NCBI GenBank assembly: GCA_964487845.1
Contig: CAZASK010000009.1
Location: 5-64,004 of the forward strand
From: an uncultured bacterium
Lineage (GTDB): Bacteria; Chlamydiota; Chlamydiia; Chlamydiales; FEN-1388
DNA: 64,000 nucleotides
Direction of reading: 5' to 3'
Shown here: piece by piece, positions 1-8,676 of the stretch
Layout of the letters: each line of letters begins with the position of its first letter
How positions within the stretch are numbered: the stretch's first letter is position 1
The notes under the pieces: generated by a model
Told to the model about the DNA's origin: nothing
Database searches by the model: none
The model's input: the letters and a program-made list of their open reading frames with translations, nothing else
Position numbers and translations under genes: made by a program

Positions 1-48
1 AAAAATTTCTCAAATATTTATTTGGTTAATAGGAGACTCGCGTTAAAA
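1..48. repeat. 48-nt repeat, an inverted copy of 37546..37593; cut by the window edge
   Basis: The reverse complement of 1..48 (ttttaacgcgAgtctcctattaaccaaataaatatttgagaaattttt) matches 37546..37593 at 47/48 positions. Similarity stops at position 49. The outer boundary cannot be seen. Confidence 0.8.
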
Positions 49-599
49 AATTCATGTTCTCTGTTGAGCTCTAGTGAAAGAGCTTTGCCTCCGACTGTCG
101 TTCCGATATTTTTAATTGCATTGAATCCTGCTGAGCAGAGCCAGCTACAATTTGCAATAAATCCACGTGGTTTTTCACTTTTCGGGCTAGTGTGTATTTT
201 TTTTGTGATAGCTTGCATTCTTTGTGGGAAACTAGGGCCTTGTATTCCCTTATTTTTTAACTTCGTACTGTCGATATGGTTTAAGAGAAAGTCTAATTTT
301 GTAGAAATCGTAGAGAGAAGCAGTTGTCCTGCCTCAATTGAGATTTTTTTTTCGTCACAAACCGATTCGAGGATCTTTGCGAGCAAGTGAGGGGTTTCTC
401 TTCTGGTCTGTTGTACAAATTCTGCCGTTTTCTCGAGCATTTCAACGGTAGATGAATCGAGTATTTGAGTGCGAAAGACAGTGGCAATGCGCTGGAGAAG
501 GGGATTTTCACAAGAGAAATGGTTGCCCGCATTGAATTGGTCTAATTCTTGCGATAAGTCGATTAGATAGCGTATAGATGATGGATCTACTATGCTCAT
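18..599 (-). CDS. hypothetical protein (193 aa)
   Basis: Longest ORF in the region, starting at ATG 599. No motif recognised. The last ~10 codons run into the 48-nt repeat. Confidence 0.4.
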   Translation of the reverse strand: MSIVDPSSIRYLIDLSQELDQFNAGNHFSCENPLLQRIATVFRTQILDSSTVEMLEKTAEFVQQTRRETPHLLAKILESVCDEKKISIEAGQLLLSTISTKLDFLLNHIDSTKLKNKGIQGPSFPQRMQAITKKIHTSPKSEKPRGFIANCSWLCSAGFNAIKNIGTTVGGKALSLELNREHEFFNASLLLTK

Positions 600-713
600 G
601 TTCTATGGCTTATCGTGGAATTCTTTCGATTAAATGTAAATAGATTCAATCTAATTTCAAAAGCCTGTACAATCATGGCCAGAGTTGAAGAATAGAAGTG
701 TAATCACGTTTGA

Positions 714-1139
714 ATGAGGGATATGGGTTTACCAGTACAAAAGCATAGAGAGGCCGTCTTACAATTTCTCTATAGCATGGAGTTTCATGCAAGTGGAGAT
801 GATGAGTTACTTGGCATGCTCATGCAAGAGTTGAAAATTTCAAAAAAAAATGCCCTTTTGGCTCTGATGCAAGCCAAAAAAGTGAAAGCTCAACAAGAGC
901 ATATAGATAAGCTTATTACTGAATATGTGGACAAATATGCAATTGAGCGTATTGACTCAGTTGAGCGAAATATCTGTAGACTTGCTATCTATGAGTGTGT
1001 CATAGACAAAACGTTGCCAATTGAGGTCACAGTTGCTGAAGCGAAAAGACTGGTGAGAAAATTTGGTCATCGCGAGTCTGAGCCCTTTATACAAGCAGTT
1101 GTTGATGCTATCTATAAGGATACAACAGAGGCTTCATAA
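714..1139 (+). CDS. nusB: transcription antitermination factor NusB
   Basis: 141 aa, the size of NusB. Helical pattern REAVLQFLYSMEF ... ERIDSVERNICRLAIYE ... FIQAVVDAI is typical of NusB. Confidence 0.75.
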   Translation: MRDMGLPVQKHREAVLQFLYSMEFHASGDDELLGMLMQELKISKKNALLALMQAKKVKAQQEHIDKLITEYVDKYAIERIDSVERNICRLAIYECVIDKTLPIEVTVAEAKRLVRKFGHRESEPFIQAVVDAIYKDTTEAS

Positions 1140-1142
1140 AAA

Positions 1143-2012
1143 ATGTATCAGCTGTTTCGAACAGATTGCAAGTTGTCGGATTACTCAACGTTTGGAATTG
1201 GCGGCTTTGCGCGCTATTTTTACGAAGTATATGATGTGCAGTCTTTGCAGCAGGTTATTCGCTTTGCAGCGGCTGAACATCTTCCCTATATAGTAATTGG
1301 GAAAGGGTCCAATTCGCTATTTTCCGATAAAGGATGCAACGGGCTTGTGATCCTCAATAAGATTCATTTTTATGAAGAAGAGGAGAATGGACTTATCCAC
1401 GTAGGGGCAGGATTTAGCTTTTCGCTGCTTGGGACTAAGACAGCAAAAAATGGGTGGTCAGGGCTTGAGTTTGCAGCTGGAATCCCCGGTTCTGTAGGTG
1501 GTGCTATCTGGATGAATGCAGGAGCTCAAGGAAGTGAAGTTGCAAACGTCGTCGAAGCGGTGGATTTTGTTGATGTGCAGGGAGATCTTCATTCATTTAG
1601 CAAAGAAAAACTATCATTTTCTTATCGAAAATCTATTTTTCAATCCCTTCCAGCTGTTATCACAGCCGCTCGCTTTCGACTGGTCCCTCACGAAGAAGCA
1701 AGAAAAAAGCAACGTGATTTATTGCAATATCGTATAGATACACAGCCATATAGCGATAAATCATGCGGCTGTGTGTTTAAAAACCCATTAGGTACATCAG
1801 CAGGTATGCTTATAGAAAAAGCTGGCTTAAAAGGTCTTACGATTGGTGGTGCCTCTGTGTCTTCTATGCATGCTAATTTTATTGTGAATAATGCAAACGC
1901 GACAGCAGACGATGTCTTGCAGCTGATACAATGCGTGAAGCAGAGTGTTTTAAGAGAATATGGCATTCATTTAGAATCTGAAATACGAATAATTCCATAC
2001 AACATACCATGA
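1143..2012 (+). CDS. murB: UDP-N-acetylenolpyruvoylglucosamine reductase MurB
   Basis: 289 aa. FAD-binding N-terminus TFGIGGFARYF, GKGSNSLFSD, GIPGSVGGAIWMNAGA, and C-terminal MurB segment SCGCVFKNP. Confidence 0.9.
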   Translation: MYQLFRTDCKLSDYSTFGIGGFARYFYEVYDVQSLQQVIRFAAAEHLPYIVIGKGSNSLFSDKGCNGLVILNKIHFYEEEENGLIHVGAGFSFSLLGTKTAKNGWSGLEFAAGIPGSVGGAIWMNAGAQGSEVANVVEAVDFVDVQGDLHSFSKEKLSFSYRKSIFQSLPAVITAARFRLVPHEEARKKQRDLLQYRIDTQPYSDKSCGCVFKNPLGTSAGMLIEKAGLKGLTIGGASVSSMHANFIVNNANATADDVLQLIQCVKQSVLREYGIHLESEIRIIPYNIP

Positions 2013-2818
2013 TTGATTTACATGCCCACTCAAATTATTCCGATGGCACTGCAGACCCTGTAGAACTTATCCAACTAGCACAAGCGTCAGGTGTGACAGG
2101 GCTTGCTATCACTGACCATGACAACATTGCAGCATATTCGATAGCAGCACCTGCTGCAAAACAGTTGGGAATTGAGCTGATCACGGGAGTCGAACTATCG
2201 TCTGTTTTGCAGGGGCATTCAGTACATGTTTTGGGGTATGCATTTTGCCCTCATAGCGATGTTCTAGAAGAAAAATGCAGATGGTATCAAGAACAGAGAC
2301 GTGTCCGCAATTGTAAAATGCTTGAGTTGTTGGCTGCAAAAAAAATGGTGGTTGAAGAGAGTGATCTTGGAGGCATCGGAACCATAGGAAGACCGCACAT
2401 AGCGATGGCGATGATTGCGAAGGGATATGTGAAAACAATTCAAGAAGCCTTTGCAAAGTATCTAGGAGAGCATAAATCTTGTTACGTCGCTGGAGAGCGC
2501 TGGAGTGCAGAAGAGGCAATAGCGATTATTCATGCCGCAAAAGGAAAGGCTGTTATTGCACATCCTCATGTCATCCGCAAGCAATCCATTATTCGAAAGC
2601 TGCTTGCTCTTCCTTTTGACGGAATAGAGGTCTATTATGGCAATTTTGATGCCCATACCAATCAACGTTGGCTACAAGTAGCACAAGAAAAGGGCTGGCT
2701 TGCAACGGGAGGGTCTGATTTTCATGGTGATGTCAAGCCAGATGTTCGATTAGCTTCAGCAACATGTCCAGTAACTGATTTTGAAGTGCTCAAGGCCCAT
2801 TTTTATGCGAATCTATGA
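2009..2818 (+). CDS. PHP-domain phosphoesterase (TrpH/YciV-like)
   Basis: MIDLHAHSNYSDG histidine motif, ITDHD, and GGSDFHG near the C-terminus. ATGA overlap with the murB stop. Confidence 0.8.
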   Translation: MIDLHAHSNYSDGTADPVELIQLAQASGVTGLAITDHDNIAAYSIAAPAAKQLGIELITGVELSSVLQGHSVHVLGYAFCPHSDVLEEKCRWYQEQRRVRNCKMLELLAAKKMVVEESDLGGIGTIGRPHIAMAMIAKGYVKTIQEAFAKYLGEHKSCYVAGERWSAEEAIAIIHAAKGKAVIAHPHVIRKQSIIRKLLALPFDGIEVYYGNFDAHTNQRWLQVAQEKGWLATGGSDFHGDVKPDVRLASATCPVTDFEVLKAHFYANL

Positions 2819-3995
2819 GCGCTATGTACAACGCCTTTTTGCATTGAATGCAAAAGGTTCCAGGCTCGGTCTTCGCACAATGGAGCGTCTTTTAGATGCG
2901 TTAGGTAATCCGCAAAAAAACATACCAGCCATTCATGTTGCCGGTACGAATGGCAAAGGATCTGTCACTACAAAAATTGCACGAGGACTTGAGCTGACGG
3001 GGCAGTGTGTAGGCCTCTTTACTTCACCTCATATACGGACATTTCGAGAGCGCATCGTTGTGAATCAAGTGATGATCACAGAGCAAGAAGTGGTTCATAT
3101 TCTTGATATCATTTTTCCTTTGTTAGACACGATTCCAGCTACTTTTTTTGAGATCACAACCGCTCTTGCATGGCTTCACTTTTTGAATAAAAGAGTAGAT
3201 GTGGCTGTGATGGAAACAGGCCTTGGGGGCAGACTTGATGCTACCTCAGTCTGCAATCCAAAACTTACTGTTATTACTTCTATCAGCCTCGATCATACAG
3301 CTATTTTAGGAGATTCTATAGAGGCGATTACACGTGAGAAGGCCGGTATTTTAAAAAGAGCCGTTCCTGTTGTAGTAGGCCCTACAGTTCCGCTCTCTAT
3401 CATGTATGAAGTTGCCAAACCTCTTGACTGCCCAGTACATGAAGTGCAGGGGCGTTTTTCTTCTTTTGAAGATGAAAATAGGGCTATTGCTGAGAAGGCT
3501 CTTCTTTGTATGGGAATACACAATAACGATGCATTAGAAGCTCTGCCACCATGTCGTTTTGAGGAATGGGAGTTGAATGGGAAAAAAATTATTTTAGATG
3601 TAGCACACAATCCTGATGGCATTTGTCGTTTGTTTCAGAGATTGTTGGATAAATACCCAGATCAGCGCTATGCGGCTGTCTATGGGGCTTGCCGTGATAA
3701 AGATGTGCAATCGTGTTTGCAGATTTTTTTGCCATATGTGCATGCCGTTTATTTCGTTGAAGCAGGCACAGAGAGGAAGTCGTTGACTGGAGAGCTTATG
3801 GAGTGCACGCCTGTTGAATACCGCAATATGTGCTCTGAAGAAGATACAATAGAGCATGCTATGAAGGAAGCGATTCACTCAAATGCTGCTGTGATTGTTG
3901 TTTTCGGAACTTTTTTTATTATGGCAGATGTGTTGCGCTATTTAGGGATGGAATCCGCTAAAGATAGTATGCCATTAATTGAAAAAATGATATAA
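2805..3995 (+). CDS. folC: folylpolyglutamate synthase / dihydrofolate synthase FolC
   Basis: Mur-ligase P-loop HVAGTNGKGS, TSPHI, ETGLGGRLDA, LDHT. The ORF opens at 2781. ATG 2805 was chosen to minimise overlap, so the start is uncertain. Confidence 0.85.
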   Translation: MRIYERYVQRLFALNAKGSRLGLRTMERLLDALGNPQKNIPAIHVAGTNGKGSVTTKIARGLELTGQCVGLFTSPHIRTFRERIVVNQVMITEQEVVHILDIIFPLLDTIPATFFEITTALAWLHFLNKRVDVAVMETGLGGRLDATSVCNPKLTVITSISLDHTAILGDSIEAITREKAGILKRAVPVVVGPTVPLSIMYEVAKPLDCPVHEVQGRFSSFEDENRAIAEKALLCMGIHNNDALEALPPCRFEEWELNGKKIILDVAHNPDGICRLFQRLLDKYPDQRYAAVYGACRDKDVQSCLQIFLPYVHAVYFVEAGTERKSLTGELMECTPVEYRNMCSEEDTIEHAMKEAIHSNAAVIVVFGTFFIMADVLRYLGMESAKDSMPLIEKMI

Positions 3996-4003
3996 CAACT
4001 GAT

Positions 4004-4234
4004 ATGGGACAAGTTGAAGAGTTTCTATTCTATCCAGTAGTGGTTCTCCTGGGTGTTTTCCTTGTGATACTGAGTTGTAAGCTGCTTTTTCGTTTTCTCT
4101 TATTTGCGGTTGTATTCTTTTTCTTTTGGCTTGGCCTTTCTTATCTCGGTATGGCTCCTTCACCTCTCGAGTACATCCCAATGAAGATCAAATGGATTGA
4201 AGATCGTTTGTGGATGTTATCTGTGTTTTGTTAG
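4004..4234 (+). CDS. small hydrophobic protein (76 aa), hypothetical
   Basis: Two hydrophobic stretches (VVVLLGVFLVILSCKLLF, FAVVFFFFWLGLSYL). No homolog recognised. Confidence 0.3.
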   Translation: MGQVEEFLFYPVVVLLGVFLVILSCKLLFRFLLFAVVFFFFWLGLSYLGMAPSPLEYIPMKIKWIEDRLWMLSVFC

Positions 4235-4248
4235 CAGGTATATTCATT

Positions 4249-4302
4249 AGACATACTGTAATTGCGCCTCCTTGGTTAAGAAAGCACGATTACAGTATGT
4301 CT
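4249..4302. terminator. inverted-repeat hairpin between convergent genes
   Basis: Perfect 14-bp arms AGACATACTGTAAT (4249..4262) and ATTACAGTATGTCT (4289..4302) with a 26-nt loop. ATTTTT follows. The hairpin overlaps the stop of the minus-strand gene. Confidence 0.5.
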
Positions 4303-5242
4303 ATTTTTCTTTTGGGAAAAATGGAACAATACTTGTTTTTTGTATTATTTCCCTTGTGGTGCAGTTTTTATTCACAAGTACATCCGTAAAGTTTTGCATT
4401 GTCTTGATTTGTTTTGGTTCGTGATTGACATCATATAACGTAAATTGAGTGCCATCCTTTTGGATAAGGAAGGCGTGTTTGGTCGTCTTATAGGTTTGTG
4501 TTATTTGAAAGGTGACACGGTCATTACATTTTGAAAACACTCTGATTCTTTCTAGAATGGCATTACCATTTCGCGATATCAACTTTTCGCCTCTGTTGGA
4601 TCCAATAAATCCATCATTTATATTGGCTTTTATATTAGTTTTAAATTGACACCATTTCATTTTTGATGGGAACATGTGCGCTACTTTCTTTTCCATTTTA
4701 TTGAGCTCTTTGAGTGCGCTGTTTTTTTTCTCTGTATCTAAGAGGTTTCTAGCGCCTTTTCGTAGTTTTTTTATGGCAACCGTTATTTTTATTTTCCATG
4801 ACTCGAATGTAGATTTTCCTTCGATTTTGTGAGAAGTTATTTGAGTATTGCTATAGGGTATATTGTGAGTGTGTGAAAGTTTTTTGATCGATTCGCGCAT
4901 GTTGATGTACGCATCTTCGCATGCTTCATAATACGCAAATTTCGCTAAGTGATTACATTGTAGTGCAATTGCTTGCTTGGCTGATTCATGTATGTTTGCT
5001 ACATCTTGGAATTGTTTTTCTTGGTTATTGAGTATTTTTAATAACCAAAACTTGCTGTACCCATAACATGCGCCTTCGCTAAGTTCCAGATGTACATTTT
5101 GGAGTACTTTGAAGTAATAGGCAAAATTACAGTCCAAGTCGAGTGTGGCTAGATTTTCTTTCAATTGAGTATATGTCGTGGTGTTGTTTAGTGTATATTG
5201 AAATGTCACGTGGCTGCTTTGATGTTTTTGGATTATATTCAT
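4301..5242 (-). CDS. hypothetical protein; candidate papain-like (YopT/C58-type) cysteine protease
   Basis: 314 aa counted from ATG 5242 (MNIIQKH). The track ORF extends to 5407 but that part overlaps the upstream methyltransferase. Motifs EGACYGYSKFWL (candidate Cys) and KHAFLIQKDGTQFTLYDVNHE (His..Asp-x-Asn) resemble the C58 Cys/His/Asp arrangement. Confidence 0.45.
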   Translation of the reverse strand: MNIIQKHQSSHVTFQYTLNNTTTYTQLKENLATLDLDCNFAYYFKVLQNVHLELSEGACYGYSKFWLLKILNNQEKQFQDVANIHESAKQAIALQCNHLAKFAYYEACEDAYINMRESIKKLSHTHNIPYSNTQITSHKIEGKSTFESWKIKITVAIKKLRKGARNLLDTEKKNSALKELNKMEKKVAHMFPSKMKWCQFKTNIKANINDGFIGSNRGEKLISRNGNAILERIRVFSKCNDRVTFQITQTYKTTKHAFLIQKDGTQFTLYDVNHEPKQIKTMQNFTDVLVNKNCTTREIIQKTSIVPFFPKEK

Positions 5243-5253
5243 TAGATTACCCG

Positions 5254-5847
5254 TTACTTTATTTTTTGAACAAGGATAAGTGAGGGAGCCTCTCTTCGAT
5301 TGGTAAAACGGAAAAAAAGACAGCGCCACTGTTTTTGATCTAACTTTTCGGTAAAAGAAATGAGAGCTTTTTCTTCTTCTGCGCCTTCCGTATGCCCTGG
5401 ATAGCAAGTAATAGAGACCACTCCTTCATCTTGTAGACATTCGAGTGATGCTGCAAGTGCTGCTAGTGTTGTCTGTGGCATTGTTTTGATGATTTTATCG
5501 CTGCCAGGAAGGTATCCTAAATTATATACGATGAGAGCTGCTTTTCTGCTAGCGAGTAGGGTGGTCATCGAGCTGTGGCAGTTTTCATGTAATTCAATAC
5601 ATTGCTGTTTTGCTGTATCAAGCTGCTCTTGAAGAAGTTTTTTCGTAGTACATATGGCTTGCGGTTGTATATCAATTGCAATGACAGTCCCTTTGCCATC
5701 TTGTAGTGCAAGATGAGCCAAGAAGAGTGTGTCGTGGCCATTTCCGCAGGTCGCATCAACTACAATATCTCCAGGATGCACAAGATTGCTCCAGAGCGTG
5801 TGCCCTACTGAAACGGTAGATCTTAAAATAGAGTCACTGTTTTTCAT
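5254..5847 (-). CDS. class I SAM-dependent methyltransferase (putative rRNA methylase family)
   Basis: SAM motif I VVDATCGNGHDTLFLA, followed by IDIQ and YNLGYLPG. ATG 5847 (MKNSDS) is preferred over 5880. Confidence 0.75.
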   Translation of the reverse strand: MKNSDSILRSTVSVGHTLWSNLVHPGDIVVDATCGNGHDTLFLAHLALQDGKGTVIAIDIQPQAICTTKKLLQEQLDTAKQQCIELHENCHSSMTTLLASRKAALIVYNLGYLPGSDKIIKTMPQTTLAALAASLECLQDEGVVSITCYPGHTEGAEEEKALISFTEKLDQKQWRCLFFRFTNRREAPSLILVQKIK

Positions 5848-5893
5848 TGCATTCCAACGTAAATTCAGATATTGTATCACCTGTCCTATTTTC

Positions 5894-5967
5894 GGGGTAT
5901 TAGCTCAGTTGGTTAGAGCGCCACGTTGACATCGTGGAGGTCAGCTGTTCGAGTCAGCTATATCCCA
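5894..5967 (+). tRNA. tRNA-Val (anticodon GAC)
   Basis: Hand-folded cloverleaf. Acceptor GGGGTAT/ATATCCC, anticodon stem CCACG/CGTGG with loop TTGACAT, T-arm GTTCGAGTC. Confidence 0.9.
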
Positions 5968-6026
5968 ATTACACATACGAGGTATCGATAGAGGAAGCTT
6001 TTGAAAAAAAGCTTCCTCTACAATCC

Positions 6027-7304
6027 ATGATAGACACACAAGTAAGATCCTATTCAGCTTGTCTTCTAGCAGCAGCCATGCTTGAGGTATTTCCAGATGT
6101 AAAACCCATTCAGTGGCGTGCCGACTCTTTTTCGTTTTCTTATGACTTTGCAGTTCCTCATGTTTTTGGTAGCGATGTCTTGTTTTTGTTGGAAGAAAAA
6201 ATGCGTCAGATAAAAAAGATGCATTTTGAGACAAAGAGTATGATGCGTGAAAATGCTGTTAGTTTTCTCCAGAGTAAAAGGAGAGATTTGCAAGCATCTA
6301 TTGTGAATGCACTCGATCAAAATATAGTAGATGTGGTGATAAGTGAAAGTGCTTTGGATGTAGCGTTTATGCCAGTTGCAGAGCATGAGGATGTGTCCTT
6401 TTCCTTGCTCGAATCGCAGAGTCGATTGGTCGCTTATACCGATTTAGGTGATCTTATTTTGTGGAGAATATCAGGTGTTGCCTTTCGTGAGAAAAAAGAG
6501 CTAAAGGAATATATCAAGGATTATAAAGAGGCTAAGAAGCATGATCCAGTGGCTCTGGCAGAAAAGCAGCGTCTCATTACATTTGTAGATGAATCTCATG
6601 TGTGGCTTTCTGCTGGGTTAGGGGTTCTAGCATCTCTAAAGACTTTGTGGAGAAAGGGGATCGAATACCTTCGGCTTGAAGAGGTAAAATCCTATCCATC
6701 TGACAACCTGAGAAAATCACTTGAGCCATTTGAAGAGAGCGCAGCGTATCCATGTTTGACTTCGGTGCAGCCAATTCATCAAGCGCTTCTTCTCAAAAAA
6801 TCACGCATCGCTCAAATACAAGAACGCGTTATAGCGCTTCCAGAATATAATCAAGATGGGCTTTTTTCTACTTCCACATTTGTATCTGATACGATTCATA
6901 TAGAAGTTCATGAGGGATTGGTGGAAGATGAGGTTCGTACATTTGCTTGTCTATCCCAAGCTTTGTATCGTCATCTTGGCTTTGAGTCTATAGCAATTTT
7001 GAAGTGCCCAAAACAGAGTCATTATACAAAGGCCTTTGAGAATGCAGTGCCTGATGCTGTGAAAATAGCGTCCAGACGACTAGGTCCTCGCTTGGAAATG
7101 TGGATAAAAGATCAGAAGCATAGGCCGTGGCTTGTTTCTTTCATTGAGTTAGACATAGAGATGATGCGGCCGAGGAAAAGACCTATTTTTGGGGCCTCTT
7201 TTTTTTACTCATGCGAGCGTATTTTAGCGCTGATGCTTGAAAAAAATCGAGGTCGTTTGCCGCAAACCGCAGATATCCAAGAATTTACTTTCTCTCATAA
7301 TTGA
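6027..7304 (+). CDS. threonyl-tRNA synthetase-like protein (editing N2 domain plus degenerate class II core; no TGS or anticodon-binding domains)
   Basis: Collinear with ThrRS by eye. YSACLLAAAMLEVFPDV aligns to HSCAHLL..., FVSDTIHIEV to FTQDDAHIF, GPRLEMWIKDQKHRPWLVSFIELD to GPKIEF..D..R.WQCGT.QLDF, and FFYSCERILALMLE to ILGS.ERFIG.L.E. It occupies the thrS position upstream of infC. The start was moved to ATG 6027 because 5934 overlaps tRNA-Val. Confidence 0.6.
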   Translation: MIDTQVRSYSACLLAAAMLEVFPDVKPIQWRADSFSFSYDFAVPHVFGSDVLFLLEEKMRQIKKMHFETKSMMRENAVSFLQSKRRDLQASIVNALDQNIVDVVISESALDVAFMPVAEHEDVSFSLLESQSRLVAYTDLGDLILWRISGVAFREKKELKEYIKDYKEAKKHDPVALAEKQRLITFVDESHVWLSAGLGVLASLKTLWRKGIEYLRLEEVKSYPSDNLRKSLEPFEESAAYPCLTSVQPIHQALLLKKSRIAQIQERVIALPEYNQDGLFSTSTFVSDTIHIEVHEGLVEDEVRTFACLSQALYRHLGFESIAILKCPKQSHYTKAFENAVPDAVKIASRRLGPRLEMWIKDQKHRPWLVSFIELDIEMMRPRKRPIFGASFFYSCERILALMLEKNRGRLPQTADIQEFTFSHN

Positions 7305-7387
7305 TGATTCGAGTACTATTATTGAGATCGTAGAAAATATGACTTTGCAGTTGTGCAAGTAATTTTAAAGAGGAGTGACACAAACGC

Positions 7388-7900
7388 GTGAGAGTAAATC
7401 ACGAAATCAGAGCTCGGGAGCTGAGAGTTATTAGCGCCACGGGAGAACAGTTAGGAATATTACCATTTGCTCAGGCGCTTCAACTCGCACAGGGGCAAGG
7501 GCTTGACTTGGTGGAAATTGTAGCGACGGCTACGCCGCCAGTTGCAAAGATCGTCGATTATGGCAAGTTTCGATATGAGCAAACCAAGCGTGAGAAGGAA
7601 AATAAAAAAGCCCAGCACCAAGTGAAGGTGAAAGAAATTAAGGCAGGATTAAACATTGGAGAGAATGATCTCAATGTGAAAATCGACCACGCAAAAGAAT
7701 TCTTAGAAGCTGGTAATAAGGTAAAAGTAACGATTATGTTTCGAGGTCGTGAGATGGCACATCCTGAGATGGGTACTAAGCTTGCAGCAAAGATTGTTAC
7801 GGCTCTAGAAGAGGTGGGTATGGTAGAACTGAGCCCAAAACAGCTCGGCCGTAATTTACACCTTGTTTTAGCGCCTTGTGCGAAAAAGAAAAAAACATAG
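7388..7900 (+). CDS. infC: translation initiation factor IF-3
   Basis: RVNHEIRARELRVISATGEQLGI and DYGKFRYEQTKREKE are IF-3 hallmarks. The start is GTG, because an in-frame TGA at 7376 excludes earlier starts. AGGAG at 7371. Confidence 0.9.
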   Translation: MRVNHEIRARELRVISATGEQLGILPFAQALQLAQGQGLDLVEIVATATPPVAKIVDYGKFRYEQTKREKENKKAQHQVKVKEIKAGLNIGENDLNVKIDHAKEFLEAGNKVKVTIMFRGREMAHPEMGTKLAAKIVTALEEVGMVELSPKQLGRNLHLVLAPCAKKKKT

Positions 7901-7970
7901 GGATATTTTGTTGCGAGATAGAGAAATATGTGTTATCATGCTAGCATCTTTTCACTGAAGGAGTGATACC

Positions 7971-8165
7971 GTGCCAAAAATGAAGACTGTAAAGGCAATC
8001 AAAGCGAGATTTAAAGTGACCGCGACAGGTAAGTTAAAACGAGGCCGCGCTGGGAAACGTCATATTCTGACAAAAAAGTCATCGAAGAGAAAGCATCACC
8101 TTGAAACGCCTGCTTTTGTGCATCCTACGAAAGCTGAAACATACAAGTTGTTGATCGGCGCATAA
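7971..8165 (+). CDS. rpmI: 50S ribosomal protein L35
   Basis: 64 aa, basic. [27 protein letters not shown] start with GAAGGAG upstream. Confidence 0.9.
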   Translation: MPKMKTVKAIKARFKVTATGKLKRGRAGKRHILTKKSSKRKHHLETPAFVHPTKAETYKLLIGA

Positions 8166-8208
8166 TAAGCGTCTGGAAAAAAATGAAGTGTAATTGGAGT
8201 AAAATACA

Positions 8209-8565
8209 ATGGTTAGAGTAACAAATGCCGTCGCTACGCTCAAAAGCAAGCGTCGCATGCTCAAAAATGCAAAAGGGTTTTGGGGTGATCGTAAAAACCA
8301 TTTGCGCATCACACAAGAAGCAGTTGTTCGTGCAATGGCCTACAACTATACCCACAGAAAGCTAAAAAAACGTGATTTTCGTGGTCTATGGATTGCAAGA
8401 CTCGCAGCGGCGACAAAAATCAATGAGATCTCTTACAGTAAGTTTATCTATGGTTTGAAGAGAGCAAATTGTGAATTGAACCGCAAAGTGCTTTCTGAGT
8501 TAGCTATTCACGATCCGCAAGCTTTTGCAGCGGTAGTGGCTACAGCGAAGCAAGGACTTGTTTAA
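8209..8565 (+). CDS. rplT: 50S ribosomal protein L20
   Basis: MVRVTNAVATLKSKRRMLKNAKGFWG ... RGLWIARLAAA ... typical L20. Confidence 0.95.
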   Translation: MVRVTNAVATLKSKRRMLKNAKGFWGDRKNHLRITQEAVVRAMAYNYTHRKLKKRDFRGLWIARLAAATKINEISYSKFIYGLKRANCELNRKVLSELAIHDPQAFAAVVATAKQGLV

Positions 8566-8622
8566 AAGTTTCTCCGCTTCTGTCAAAAGAAGTAGAGTTC
8601 GCGTAAACTTATGTTTATCAGA

Positions 8623-8646
8623 CCCGAGAATTCTCGGGTTTTTTTA
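8623..8646 (+). terminator. rho-independent terminator or attenuator between rplT and pheS
   Basis: CCCGAG-AATT-CTCGGG hairpin (8623..8638) followed by T7 (8639..8645). Confidence 0.6.
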
Positions 8647-8676
8647 TTCAACATCCCCTTACCAAGAGGGTACATC

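Noticed and set aside
22-532. Track ORFs 22..390 (+) and 293..532 (-), which overlap the 18..599 ORF.
   Set aside because: They are shorter shadow frames with low-complexity or odd composition and no motifs. Only the longest frame was kept, itself at low confidence.
4301-5407. The full 368-aa version of the minus-strand ORF.
   Set aside because: Its first 55 codons overlap the 3' end of the methyltransferase gene in another frame and are Arg/Ser-rich junk. ATG 5242 gives a clean intergenic gap of 11 nt.
5729-6026. ORF 5729..5929 (+) and the first 31 codons of ORF 5934..7304.
   Set aside because: They run across the tRNA-Val(GAC) gene (5894..5967). The ...AQLVRAPR-type translation is the usual tRNA read-through artefact. 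The ThrRS-like CDS was restarted at ATG 6027.
8611-8676. The ATG 8611 start for pheS.
   Set aside because: It would put a terminator hairpin and T7 run inside the CDS. ATG 8677 has a good RBS and matches the usual PheS N-terminus. The upstream frame is kept only as a low-interest attenuator idea.
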